Part shown: positions 1 to 13,730 of the stretch, one piece after another | How the letters are laid out: each line of letters begins with the position of its first letter | How positions within the stretch are numbered: position 1 is the first letter of the stretch | NCBI GenBank assembly: GCA_951406725.2 | Contig: OX597822.1 | Span: forward strand, 116,994,001 to 117,058,000 | Length of the DNA: 64,000 nucleotides | Reading direction: 5' to 3' | DNA from: Octopus vulgaris | Taxonomy: Eukaryota | Program-made: the position numbers and the translations under genes | Notes under the pieces: generated by a model | What the model saw: only the letters and a program-made list of their open reading frames with translations | The model's database searches: none | Told to the model about the DNA's origin: nothing

Positions 1-2165
1 CCACTGGCATGGAAGCCGGTTAGCCGCTCTTTCAACGATCACACTCGTATGGTGCTCTTTACACCCCGCTAGTATGGATGCCAGTCATCAAATGTGATTT
101 TAATTTTGATTTCACTTGCTTCAACAGGTCTTCACAAGCAGAGTTTAGTGTCCAAGGAAGGAAAAGGTACACATAAGTGGGCTGGTTACGCTCCTGGCAT
201 AGGCCACAGGTTATGGTCTCACTTGGCTTGCCAGGTCTTCTCAAGCAAAGCATATTTCCAAAAGTCTCGGTCACTAGTCATTTCCTTAGTGAGGCCTAAT
301 GTTCGAAGGTTGTGCTTCACCACTTCATCCCAGGTCTTCCTGGATCTACCTCTTCCACAGGTTCCCTCAAACGCTAGGGTGTGGCACTTTTTCACACAGC
401 CATCATCCTCCATTCTCACCACATGGCTATACCAGCGCAGTCATCTCTCTTGCACACCACATCTGATGCTTCTTAGGTTCAACATTTCTCTCAAGGTACC
501 TACACTCTGTTGAGTATGCACACTGACATTACACATCCATCGGATCATACTGGCTTCATTCCTTGCGAGCTTGCGCATGTCCTCAGCAGTCACAGCCCAT
601 GTTTCACTGCCATGTAGCATGGCTGTTCGTACACATGCATCATACAGTCTACCTTTTCCTCTGAGCGAGAAGCCCTTTGTCGCCAGCAGAGGTAAGGGCT
701 CTCTGAACTTTGCCAAGGTTATTCTTATTCTAGCAGCTACACTTTCAGCACACCCTCCCCCGCTACTGACTTGGTCACATAGGTAACGGAAATTATCAAC
801 TACTTCTAGTTTTTCTCCCTGGAATGTGGTGGAAGTTGGTCTCTGCGCATTTTCAGTGTTTATTGTTCCCGAGCATCTGCCACATACAAAAATTATCTTC
901 CTAGTTAGCCTTCCTTTGATATTACTGCATCTCTTATGTGTCCATAGCTTACACTGGGTACATGTTATAGAGTTTCTACCGATGCCTCTACTACAGATTG
1001 AGCAGGGCCATCTACCTGAAGGGATTTGTGGTTTGCCTGCTTTCCTACATATTAGGACTTTGGTTTTAGCTAGGTTGATTCTAAGGCCCTTCAATTCTAA
1101 TCCTTGTTTCCACACTTGAAACTTCTCTTCCAGTTCTGATAGTGACTCAGCAATTAGAGCAAGGTCATCAGCATAGAGGAGCTCCCAGGAGCATCCTGTC
1201 TTGAATTCCTCCGTAATTGCCTGGAGGACTATGATAAATAGGAGGGGGCTGAGGATTGAGCCTTGGTGGACCCCCAACCTCTACCTGGAATTCTTCACTG
1301 TACTCGTTGCCAACCCTCACCTTACTAACAGCGTCCCTGTACATGGCTCGCACAGCTCTCACTAACCATTCATCTATCCCTAGTTTCCTCATTGACCACC
1401 AGATAAGGGATCGGGCGACCCTGTCAAAGGCTTTCTCCAAGTCAACGAAAGCCAGGTACAGAGGTTTATCTTTGGCTAGGTATTTCTCCTGCAGCTGTCT
1501 CACCAGAAATATGACATCGGTGGTGCTTTTCCCTGGCACAAAACCAAACTGCATCTCATCCAGGTTGACTCTCTCCCTAATCAGTTGGGCTATGACCCTT
1601 TCCGTAACCTTCATTACCTGATCCAACAGCTTGATACCTCTGTAATTATTTGTATCTAAAGCGTCACCTTTACCTTTGTAGCAGTTGACTATTATGCTGC
1701 TACACCAGTCATTGGGTATGACTCCTTCGTGTATCACCTGGTTGACTATACGGGTGACTAGGTTATAGCCGACACTGCCAGATATTTTGAGCATCTCTGC
1801 AGTAATTCCTAATGGGCCTGGGGCTTTCTCTGTCTTCATGCTTCTAATTGCCTTATCTACCAAGGAACTGTCAACTCGGATAGCTGGTCCCTCTGTTGGG
1901 TCAACATTTGGCAGACTCTGTTTCTCCCATTCATTGTCTTTATTCAGCAACCTTTCATAGTGGCATCTCCAAATCTCTCTCTTTGCATCCTCATTCAGCG
2001 CAAGTGAACCATCATCCATGCGAACACATTTCTCTCCTACCACATCACGATTCTCTCTCACACACTGTCTTGCAACACGAAATACCTCAAGTCTTTTATT
2101 CTCATGGCGCAGAACATTGGCAAATTTTTTCTTATCCGCTTCCCCTCTGGCTAAAAAACCTGTCT
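1..2165 (-). mobile_element. RTE-clade LINE, 5'-truncated: RT domain, PHD-like finger, C-terminal region and start of 3' UTR
   Basis: ORFs 1168..2061, 441..1277 and 219..422 give KAPGP, NYRGIKLL, QFGF, FVDLEKAFD, GVHQGS, LYADD, FRYL and GRGRSRKTW. One extra base in a G run near 1271-1275 and a TGA at 441-443 break the frame. Confidence 0.95.
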
Positions 2166-2860
2166 TTGAGATTTCAAAGATGTGATTGTCTATTTTTAGA
2201 AAGAAATTGTAGGCTACAAGTGAGAAGCTGGATCTGGTAGTTAAAACCTAAAACAGTAGAATATCTGGGCTGGATATGGCCAGTGTAAATGCTGAAAGTT
2301 TAAGAACATACAGGCTGCCTAGCATGGGAACTGAAACCATGACTTTACAATGATTAACCACTACTCCACCTGCATTTACATCTTTGGCCTTGTGCATAAC
2401 AACTGTACAGAGTCAGAAACTTGGGTTAGGGGGGAGGGAACAAATAATTATACAAACTGCAGTGCTTGACTGGTCCTCCTCACTTTATCAACTCCAGTAT
2501 TTAGATGATACTTATTTTATCAGCGTTGGAAGGAAGGAAGGAAGGAAGACAAACTTGAATCCCACTCTTCAACTTACAACATACATTGCTAGAATCGGTT
2601 TCCCTAAATTGTCCCTAAAGTGTGCACAGACAAACAACACAGAGATCTATTATGGCCTTTTGATCTGATGTCTCCGATAAAATAAAATAGGGGAAAACGG
2701 TCAGTGTAATCAGACTAGCGCTTGGCTAGTACTTGCTTTATTGATCCCGGAACACTGAAAAAACTTAGTTGACTCTGGCTGGATTTGAACTCAGAATGTA
2801 AGGGAACTAATTTTGCTGCTCAATAAAACAATTGTTCCTTTCATAGTTACAAGGTCAGTA

Positions 2861-2895
<35 letters not shown>

Positions 2896-3024
2896 TGAGA
2901 GATAGAGAGGGGGCAGTTAGTAAATCACCCTCACTCCAGTCCTTCACTGGTACTTGTATTTCTCATCTTGTTTCTCTACGTCTATTCATTCCTATTTCCT
3001 TGTATTCTGAATTTCAAAACTTAA

Positions 3025-3243
3025 CCCTTTAGTGTTCAGATTATTCTATCAAACATAATGCCTATTGATTCCCATTGATTTGAATTAATCATGCATTATC
3101 TCATATCTTCAAGATCTTGATGGTGTAATTACTTAATGTAGAATAACATTGTGGGGAAGGTGTGAGAGTCTGGATCTGGTCAGTTTGAACATAAAACAGA
3201 TTAGCTATTTTGGCCGGATATGGCCGGTTTAAATACTAAAGGG
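3025..3243. mobile_element. piggyBac-type MITE with TTAA target duplication (family also at about 2165-2322, 28270-28474, 34274-34498, 37345-37935, 39956-40600, 50990-51184, 62686-62880)
   Basis: TTAA-CCCTTTAG ... CTAAAGGG-TTAA; shared internal sequence among copies. Confidence 0.85.
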
Positions 3244-4363
3244 TTAAACCAAAATCAACTTAGAATTTCATGCTTCATTTACTGAAGTCAATTCAATGAG
3301 CTATATACACCCCTTCTTTTTAACATGAGGCCTTCTGCCATTCTGTGGAATCAATATTGTCACACATTCCAGGAGAGGGCAGAACAGAATCAGCAAAGAA
3401 ACATACAAGATACTTTTGTGCAATTGACTAATGTCCCCCTTTATGGTGGAGGGGCATGGCTTAGTGGTTAGGCTGTTGGATTCATGACAGTAAGATTGTG
3501 GTTTTGATTCTTGGACCGGGTAATATGTTGCGTTCTTGAGCAAAATACTTCATTCCACATTACTCCAGTCCACTTGGGAGGAATATCTATGTCAGAGAAA
3601 CTGACCCTATGCTCCTCACTAACCATTCACATTATTCTGTCTCAAGTATTGCTTATTTGTTCACACTGTTTCAAATTAATCATTCATTATTTTGTAGCTT
3701 TGAGGTCTGGATGAGGTAACTGTTATTTTTTAGAATATTTTAGAATGATATTGCCAGCGCCGCCTCGACTGTTCCCCGTGCTGCTGGCACGTAAAAAGCA
3801 CCCACTACACTCACGGAGTGGTTGGCGTTAGGAAAGTCATCAAGCTGTAGAAACACTGCCAGATCAGACTGGGCCTGGTGCAGCCTCCTGGCTTCCCAGA
3901 CCCCAGTCGAACCGTCCAACCCATGCTAGCATGGAAAGCAGACATTAAACAATGATGATGATGATGGAGGGACTGGGAGAAGTGGCAATTTGCTGTACTT
4001 GGTAAGATACATTAAGCTAAGTAATATCGCCGTCTTCTACACATACAGGCTTGTCCCTTCAGGAGCTGGTGCCAGTGCTGCGTTAACTGCACCCATGCTG
4101 ATGCTGCGTTAACGCATCCATGCCAGTGCTGCGTAAACACACCCATGCCAGTGACATGTAAAAAGCACTCAGCACACTCTCTTAAGTGGTTGGCATTAGG
4201 AAGGGCATCCAGGTGTAGAAGCTATGTCACAACAGACAGTTGGAGTCTGGACAGCTCTCTGCTAGCCAGCGCGATGTCAAACCATGCAACCCATGCCAGC
4301 ATGGAGACCAGGTGTTAAATGACAATGACGATGGTGTCAAACCATCCAACCCATGCAAACATA

Positions 4364-4400
<37 letters not shown>

Positions 4401-4984
4401 CTCATGTTCACAAATTACAATACAGAAAAAAAGAACTGTTATATTTTGCGACAACAACTCATCACAATAAAATGTTTCAATTATGTCATGTGAATTTCAA
4501 TTCCTTTATTATGGGTTTATTCAATTTCTGAACAACACAATAACAGCATTATGTAGAAGTGGTTAATAAAGTTTTTTCATGATTCAGAAAACAGCTTATT
4601 GAATATTTTTAAACATATCAATTTCTAAACTTTTACAAAGGGAACCTCTGCCTCTAACTTTATCAAACATGCTAAATCTTTATATATTTCTATCCAGGTG
4701 TTGCTGTGTGGTAAGAAGTTTGATCAGAAGGTTCCTAAAATGATAGGATGACAATTTAGTTAAACGACTTAGGTCAAGATGGAAAAGAATGGTGTAATTA
4801 AGAAAGAATTGGAGGCACATTGTGATTAGCAATGTATAACATCTGACAATCTGGTTGATATTTTAGTATTTCTTTGGGTTTTTTTTTTCATTTAATGCCT
4901 GTCTTTCATTTAATGTCTATCTTGTATGCTATATACATACATAAATACACACACACATATATATATATGTTTATATATGTTCAA

Positions 4985-5480
4985 AACCTTTTGTAGTGTG
5001 GTCTTCCCTCTTGTCCTTGGGGGGTTGGGATAAAAATTGGCTTTTTCTCATCCTGTATGAGGAATACCGAATGCCTTCATGCACTACCTGTCTGATAAGA
5101 AACTCAGACACTCCCATGTCCCTGGCTATGGACCTCATTGACTTGGAGGGATTATTGTCAATCATGGCCTGGATCTCACCAACAAATTCAGGAATTCTTT
5201 TATCAGAATGATCAGAGTGAATTTACTGAGCTGCCATACCTTTGTAATCATCATTATATTCTTCCAACCCTTTCTGAATCCTCTGCACTGTCACCCAGAT
5301 TGACACCCAAGCACTCTGAAATGTTCGCATTGGAGCTTCCGGTGCAAATGCCAAGCAATACGGCACTTTGTTCCCAAATTTCTGGCAGAGTGAATTGCAT
5401 CATGGTGCTGTTTTTCCCACACGGTGCCCAACTGACCCTACTATACTGTGTAGTCAACAAAATCAAAAACAAACATGAAG
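4985..5480 (-). mobile_element. Tc1/mariner-superfamily transposase 5' remnant (HTH region)
   Basis: ORF 4971..5165 IDNNPSKSMRSIARDMGVSEFLIRQVVHE resembles the Tc1/mariner N-terminal HTH. Confidence 0.75.
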
Positions 5481-5895
5481 TAATATTGAGGCAAGATTTT
5501 TATGGCTGGATCCACTTCTTATCACCAACCCTCACTTGTTTTTCTTTGTTGAGTAAGGGATTTTTATTTTAGAAGAATTTGAGACCAGAGAACAACAGAT
5601 GATTTGTTAACAGAAAATGATAAAAAACTTTGATGGTTGCAGCATAACCACGAGCAAGGATATCACTGTCCATACTCATAGCTCAGCTTAGTTTTGTAAA
5701 TGTTCACACCAACATGCATGTGCCACACACACACACACACACACATTATCCTCACCTGTTTCCAAGCAAGGTAATATTTCCCCGTAGCTGGACATGTTTT
5801 TATGGAAGATTGAAAATGATTTACACTGCTTGTAGGACAGTGATACTCATTTACAACTATCATGTGATGTCAAGACAAGTATAGAATTCTCCTTC

Positions 5896-5956
<61 letters not shown>

Positions 5957-6302
5957 TCCTCATCATCATCATTGTTTAACGTCCACTCTCCATGCTAGCA
6001 TGGGTTGAACGATTTGACTGAGGTCTGGCAAACCAGATGGCTGCACCAGGCTCCTATCTTGATTTGGCAGAGTTTCTACAGCTGGATGCCCTTCCTAAAG
6101 CCAACGACTCCAAGAGTGTAGTGGGTGCTTTTTACGTGCCACTGGCACAGGGGCCAGTCAGGTGATACTGGCAATGACCTCACTCAAATCTTTTTACACA
6201 TGCCACCGGCACAGGTGCCAGTTAGCTGCTCTGTCAACGATCACACCCATATGGTGCTCTTTGCACCCCACTAGCACGTATGCCAGTCATCGAATTTGAT
6301 TT

Positions 6303-6353
<51 letters not shown>

Positions 6354-7439
6354 AAGGGCTTCTTTCAGTTTATATTGATCAAATTCCCTCACAAGGCATT
6401 GGTTAACTCAACATTGTAGTTTCAAAACACCTGCCTAAAGTGTTTTAACTATAATGCCTAAAGTACTACAGGCCTAAAGTACCACCGAATAGGATTGAAC
6501 CTTGAGTTCGCTGGTTTGAGGAGTGAATTTCTCAACCACACAGCTACGTCCACATCAACCCAAGTAGGTGCCGTTAATTATATTGACCAAATCCTGATGG
6601 AATGGAAAACAAAGTGGATCTCTACAGGAACTGAAATGTAGAAATGTAGAACGATGAAACTAAATGATATAAGGTAAATTCATCCTGATGTTCTGGTCTC
6701 AAGCAGAGCCACCACACAGACATGTTTAAAGGTAGCGGAAAGTTTATCATGAAACACCTCAGTTTAAACACACACCTGTTATGGACATTGGACATTAATC
6801 ATTTACGTGCTTTGTACATCATGTACCACTTCAGATAAACTGACACAGTTTTTTGTTTTTGTGCATTAATAATGACATGTGCACCGGAGAGGAAGTTGCA
6901 CATCATTTATGCATCAGGTGTAGGGAGGGACATTAACTACCAGGTATGATCAACAACTACATGTTATGAGCCAATAAGTGTGATTACTTGATTTACAACA
7001 AAGATCAGCCAAATTCCCCCTCATCTCGTCTTATCATCATCATCATTTAATGTCTGTTGTCCATGCTGGCATGGGTTGGGCAGTTTGACCAAAGGTGGCA
7101 AGCTGGAAGGTTGCACTAGACTCCAGTCTGATTTGGCATGGTTTCTACAGCTGCATGCCCTTCCTAACACCAACCGAGAGTGTAATGGGTGCTTTTATGT
7201 GCCACTGGTATCTGACACAACTGCGATTTTACTTGGCTTGAAGGGTCTTCTACTCAAGCATGACATAATGCCAAAGGTCTCGGTCATTGGCTCCGTGAGG
7301 CCCAAAGCTCGAAAGGGACATTTCACGAGCCACTAGCATCAGCCACTTTGCCTCCATGAGGCTCAACACATGAAAGGTGCCATTTACGTGCCACTGGCAC
7401 GGGTGCCAGTTAGGTGACATCAGCGTCAGCCACGACTAC

Positions 7440-8785
7440 GATTTCACTTGGCTTGACAGGTCTTCTCAAGCACAGCATATTGCCAAAGATCTCAGTCACG
7501 AGCCATTGTCTGTGAGGCTCAAAGTTCAAAGATCATGCTTCACCACCTCAACCCATGTCATTCTGGGTCTACTTCTACCACATGTTCCCTCCACAGTTAG
7601 AGATCAGCACTTCTTTACACAGCTGTCCTCATCCATACCCATTACATGACCATACCAGTGCAGTCGTCTCTCTTGCTCACCACATCTGATGCCTCTTATG
7701 CCTAACTTTTCTCTCAAGATGCTTACACTCTGTTGAATATGCACACTGACATTGCACATCCAGTGAAGCATGCTAGCTTAATTTCTTTCAAGCCTGTGCA
7801 TGCCCTTGGCTGTCACAGCCCATGTTTCACTGCCATGTAGCATAGCTGTTTGCATGCAAACATCATACAATCTACCTTTCACTTTGAGGGAGAGGCCTTT
7901 GTTGCCAGCAGAGATAGGAGCTCTCTGAACTTTGCTCAGCCTAATCTTATTCTCACAGCTATGCTCTCAGAGCATCCACCTCCACTACTAACTTGGTCAC
8001 CTAGATAAGAAAAGCTACACACTACCTCTAGCTTACTCCACTGGCAGTTGATGGAGTCTATTTTCTGTACATTTTCAGTGTGTATTGTACCTATGCATCT
8101 TCCACAAACAAAAGCTGTTTTCCCTGTTAACCTTCCTCTGGTATTGCTGCACCTCTTATGTGTCCGTAGCTTACACTGGCTACATCTTATAGAGTTACTA
8201 CCTACACCTTTTCTACAGATTGAGCCATGCTGTCTGAAGGGATTTGTGATTCGTCTGACTTCCTACTTACTAAGAGTTTGGTTTTTGCTAGGTTAACTCT
8301 ATGGCCCTTCGATTCTAGACCTTGCTTCCATACCTGAAACTTTTCTAGTTCTGGTTGTGATTCAGCTATAAGAATAAGGTCATCAACATACAGGAGCTCC
8401 CAGGAACAGCCTGTTTTCAATTCCTCTGTTATTGCCTGGAGGACTATGATGAACAAGAGGGGGCTGAGGGCTGATCCTTGGTGAACCACTACTTGTACCC
8501 TGAATTCTTTGCTGTACTCTTTGCCAACCATCACCTTACTGGTAGCATCTCTGTATATGACTTGTACAGTTCTCACCAACTACTCATCTATTCCTAGTTT
8601 CTGCACTAACCACCAGATTAAAGGATTGGAGGACCCTGCCAAAGGCTTTCTCCATGTCAAAGAAAGCCAAATACAGAGGTTAATCTTTGGATATGTATTT
8701 CTCCTGCAGCTGTCTTACCACAAATATAGCATCAGTGGTGCTTCTCCCTGGCACGAAACCTAACTGCATCTCACCTAGACTAACT
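7440..8785 (-). mobile_element. Degenerate RTE LINE fragment (same superfamily)
   Basis: ORF 8202..8579 HQGSALSPLLFIIVL...LYVDD; colinear with 230-1570. Confidence 0.9.
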
Positions 8786-10008
8786 CATGTTAGACTAACT
8801 ATAATGTCAACCTATATCCTCCTAAAAGAGGGAGGGGTCACTGTTGGAATGCCTTTCATCGTGGGTCTTAGTGTTGACCTTGGGGAAAACTAAACAGCAA
8901 CCGACTATATATAAAACTCCTTTAGTAATTATAATCAGTAGTGTGTGTGTGTGTGTGTTGACAAGAGGGATTTTGATAGAGGTGTACCTAAATTATGAGC
9001 GTCAAAAAATTTTACAAGCTGAACTGCATCGTATTGAAGACATGTAGTTAAAAAGAAGATAAGTTTAAAGATTATGTAAAAGACAAGTGGGTCGAGGGAC
9101 GGGGGTGGGGGGAATTAACACAATTTACTAATTTGCTGTCATTCTATGTGCAATTTAATAGTTGCTACAGTTTAGGCTTGTAGTATTTTAAGAAGTAGAG
9201 AAATATCATAAATTAGTTGATCAGTGGAGATTGGTGAAAGAGAATAAAAGCAGAAAGAAACTGTTATAGAAATGGTGTTGTCCATTTACACTCTTCTACC
9301 AAAACAGCTAACCTTTGCTTAAAACAGGTGAGGGTTTGTGACGGCAAGGGCATCTTGATATATGAAAACTTGCCTCAATGAATTCTTTCTGACCCTTGCA
9401 AATATAGAAAACAGAGGTCAAAACAATGATAATGGTAATCTTTTGACCTTGGCAAACTCTGTCAATGACTCTACATAATTTCTTTATCAATGTCCTAATT
9501 TCTCTTTCTCGCTATTTTTCTTCCCTCCTCTCTTTTGTTTATACTGTTCACAGTACTGCCTCAGATGGTCATTCTAGATCAAAGTAGGTGGTGGGGCAGA
9601 AAATTTTATATGGGTGTTGATGACAAAGGGAGTGGGGAGAGGGTGAGAGACCCATCTGTTTTAGTTTTTGATACCCGTTTTGAATAACTTAAAAAGAAGA
9701 AAACTGAAATGTAATATCAAAATAAACTGCTTGTTTTCCAACATTCATAACAATAACAATATACTTTGATACTTTGATAGGTTTTGGCCATGTCCAACTT
9801 AATAGCACCACCTGGTGAAGTCTATCAATAGTATTAATGCAAAAAGAAAAAAAAAAACCAACAAAATAATATATTTGTAAATGGTAGACAAAATAAGCTG
9901 AAGTATAATAGAAAAGACACACTCAAAATTTATGGTTATGTCCAAATATGCAAGGAAGACAGCCACTGCACTTGTGGAATTATATAAAATTCTGACTTGT
10001 ACGTACGT

Positions 10009-10055
<47 letters not shown>

Positions 10056-10087
10056 TATTATCATTTGTAAAATAAGTATAAGTAATA

Positions 10088-10182
10088 CAGGGTGTCCCAA
10101 CTGAATGTGGTGTGAAGTTTGGTTTCATTTTTCAAGAAGTTTAAGCATTTAAAGTATGAGTTCATTGTATTGGGACACACTT
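10088..10182. mobile_element. Tiny Tc1/mariner-like MITE remnant
   Basis: TA-CAGGGTGTCCCAA ... TTGGGACACACT-TA inverted ends resembling the 47477 TIR. Confidence 0.45.
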
Positions 10183-10237
10183 ATTAAATATGTTATTGAA
10201 TCAAAAATTTATAAACTGTCATCAAAAAATTTTAACT

Positions 10238-10508
10238 GGAAAAATGCAGAATTATCGGAGTTAGATAAGTGTACATGCAACAAGAAAGAGCAATAATAAG
10301 GTTTAGTAGCTGGAAACTGTGAGTAGTGAAAAGCAGAATTAGGTCCCCTAAATCTGGAATAAAAAATTTATGCGCTGTTATTGGAAACGTTTTATAGGAA
10401 AAATGCAGAATTATCGGAGTTATGGCATTGAAAGTGTACATGCAACAAGAAAGAGCAATAATAAGATTTAGCAGTTGAAAAATGTGAGTAGTAAAATGCA
10501 GAATTAAG
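10238..10508. repeat. Direct duplication with a period of about 160 bp
   Basis: GGAAAAATGCAGAATTATCGGAGTTA...GTACATGCAACAAGAAAGAGCAATAATAAG occurs at about 10238 and about 10398. Confidence 0.85.
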
Positions 10509-11542
10509 TCGGCTGATCGAGAGAATCAACTATTGATCGCTTTGCTAAAAACTAACAACTGTAAGTGGAGGTGCTATGGGTTATTTCCCTTGAGTGTTTA
10601 AAAAAAAATTAGTTATATGAGGTAGCTATAAAGATCCCTTCCAGGGGCCATATTATTGATTTTTTTCAACAATCTAAGTATGTCACAAGGTTTCCAGACA
10701 TAAATTCTACTCATGTGTTGTTTCATCAGAATCAATAAAACGATGCAAGAGGAGTTAGCTAACAATGCCACAAACAAACACACACTGATTTTTCACATAT
10801 GAAGTAGATATATATATGTATTCATCATCATCATCATTATCATCATCGTTTAACGTCCGCTTTCCATGCTAGCATGGGTTGCACGATTTGACTGAGGACT
10901 GGCGAACCAGATGGCTGCACCAGGCTCCAATCTAATCTGGCAGAGTTTCTACAGCTGGATGCCCTTCCTAACACCAACCACTCCGAGAGTGTAGTGGGTG
11001 CTTTTACGTGCCACCAGCACGGGGGCCAGTCAGGCGGTATTGGCAGCAGCCACGCTCAATGGTGCTTTTTTTGTGCCACCATACGGAGTATATAATTTTG
11101 CTGAATTGAGGACAGGAACACTGAAATAGTTTAGTAAAAGAAAGAGGTATAGTAAAAAAAAATGTTTGAGAAGAACTGACCTTGGCCATTCATTCATTGC
11201 TAATGGTAATGATAAGAAAGTTTCCTCCTCCTTCATATCTTTGACTGCCTACCACCTACCTACCTACCGTTTATCAATTAAATGTTAGTTTGATGAAATT
11301 CTGTTGTAATTACAACCTCGAAACTCTACTGGATAATCATTGTATGAATGAGTTGTGGCTCTCACGACCACGTTAACATTTTTAATCAGTATTCTTGTGC
11401 TCGTTCCACAGAAAAAGTACAGCTTTGAAGACAGGAGCGATCATTTTCATTTGTCATTCCAAGATATCTAGTGTTTTAACCATGGGACTTGATTCCACAA
11501 TGAGATTAAATAAATGTTTTAAATACATTAAATACAATATGG

Positions 11543-11771
11543 TAACCCTTCCGTTACCATATTTCTGCTGAATGACACTGCCTTTGTTGCAATTATTTTT
11601 GAAAGCAATGAAGAATTTATTAAAATAATTGCATTCTTATTAAGCTTGAGTTTGGAATATAAATTATTGTGAAATTTTGATGACGAAATTCTAATTTAGA
11701 TCATTTAAAACAGCAAATTCGTATCAGAGAACCAAGGGCAGCCTCAGAAGGGTTGGTACCAAAAGTGTTAA
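11543..11771. mobile_element. Second piggyBac-like MITE family (related copy at about 44625-44845)
   Basis: TAA-CCCTTCCGTTACCA ... TGGTACCAAAAGTG-TTAA. Confidence 0.55.
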
Positions 11772-11839
11772 GGACAAAGGAATATCCCTAACTCATGCTT
11801 TTTGGTGCTCGTTACAGTTCTTCTAGGTTTGCCTCGACT

Positions 11840-11953
11840 CTAACCAGTGAGTCTTGTCCATATGCTTGCGACAGAATGCGCATTCACTGCAGGCACCCAA
11901 GGATTGAGTTAGGTCTAGAATCACTATTGCTACTCACCAAAATAATCCAGACC

Positions 11954-11992
<39 letters not shown>

Positions 11993-12411
11993 AAACAACA
12001 GCAAACTTGTCTTTAAGAACTCTGAGTATCCTCTATCATGTAATGACTGTTTCAGAAGTGTTTCTCTATTTAAGAATTGGAAATGGTTACAGTTTATTTG
12101 TTTATTTTCATCTTCTCTCTCTCTCTTAAACACTTATTCTTGTTTCTACTTCATCCTCTAATTACTTTGTAAACCTGTAATCGTCTCCAAGTCTTAAACA
12201 GAGAAACACTTCTGAAACAGTCATTACATGATAGAGGATACTCAGAGTTCTTAAAGACAAGTTTGCTGTTGTTTAAACACACACACACACACAAAGGTCT
12301 GGATTATTTTGGTGAGTAGCAATAGTGATTCTAGACCCAACTCAATCCTTGGGTGCCTGCAGTGCATATGCACATTCTGTCGCAAGCATATGGACAAGAC
12401 TCACTGGTTAG
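11840..12411. repeat. Long inverted repeat (arms about 250 bp, spacer about 73 nt)
   Basis: 11840-12096 is the reverse complement of 12170-12411 with few mismatches. Confidence 0.95.
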
Positions 12412-13496
12412 GAACAACACAACCTTCTAATGTGCCACTTCCGGCTATATTTTCCTTTGTGTAGATTCCCTAATTATCAGGGAGTACGAGAGAGAGAGAG
12501 AGGGGCCAACCAGCCACCAGCGCTGGTGCAGAGGCTTGAACATATCAAGTAACACTTCAAGAGACTTCTGTATAAACTGCCACACAATCCTGTACCATTG
12601 TCTTCCCCCCCCCCCCCACCGCTATTTCTCAGTTCATGACTGACACCCCTTATAAGTGAGCCTCTCTGAACTCATTGACTTCAGGGATCAACGAAGGTGT
12701 AAAGGCCAACTAATTTCTTCTCCTTCCTCTTCTCCTATACCAGACCCATGTCCAATCAGCTCTAATTAGTCGCAGCTTCACCAGTTCTATACGGATTAAC
12801 TCTGGCAATAAGTCAGCTTCCCCCGCTGACCTATCCAACATAGCTTGGTGGGAGCGGATAATGGATTAATTAATACTAAGCTACCTCACTGTTTCTTACT
12901 GAATTTTTTTATTACTTAAACTGTTTTTTAACTATCCTTCCCATAAATCATTTTTATTTACTTGCTTTTTTTCTTTTTTCTCTTTCCCTTGACTAAATTA
13001 AAAAAAAAAAATCTGACACACAAAGGTAAATGAAATAATTACAATAGGCCGGATGACAGCCATAACACCAATATACAAATAACAAAAAAGACTTATAAAG
13101 ATTGAAATAGACAACAAAAGAAAAACAGTAGTTTTACAATAATAAAGTTTTTAACAATGAAGTCTTTATGAAGTCTCAGTTGGCCGAATAACAGTTCTGT
13201 CCACAACACAATCCGTCTCTCTCTCTCAAATTGAATTCGTTCTGTGCAAACAAAACATAAACTTTCAACTGTGAGAAGAGAAGCTATCTTTGGCATTTTA
13301 CTTCATTTAGATGCATTTTGATTGTATATCCTCATTATCAAGCATCCTTTTACATCTATTTTACACGATGGCATGGGTGAGATGAGTCATCATGGTTGCA
13401 GTCAGCACATACTCAGTGGTACTGCTCGTCTAGTGGGTCACGGGATCTAATCTCACTAGCGTTTAATTTTTGGCTTAGTTTCTACTGCTCCGAATA

Positions 13497-13730
13497 CCTA
13501 TTTCTTTACTACCCACAAGGGGCTAAACACAGAGAGGGCAAACAAGGACAGACAAACGGATTAAGTCGATTACATCGACCCCAATGCGTAACTGGTACTT
13601 AATTTATCGACCCCGAAAGGATGAAAGGCAAAGTCGACCTCGGCGGAATTTGAACCCAGAATGTAGAGACAGACGAAATACCGCTAAGCATTTCGCCCGG
13701 CGTGCTAACGATTCTGCCGGCTCGCCGCCT
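13497..13730 (-). mobile_element. tRNA-derived SINE family B (copies at about 44228-44445 +, 49985-50190 +, 52357-52590 +, 54770-55000 -, 60030-60260 -)
   Basis: Head GGCGGCGAGCTGGCAGAATCGTTAGC with B-box-like GTTCAAATTCC; highly similar dispersed copies. Confidence 0.85.

Noticed and set aside
8960-9047. Protein-like peptide RGILIEVYLNYERQKILQAELHRIEDM on +
   Set aside because: No convincing acceptor, partner exons or recognisable homology.
11200-11250. Minus-strand VKDMK, resembling the residues before the SMC6 signature motif
   Set aside because: Followed by EEETF rather than SLSGGE, and no usable acceptor.
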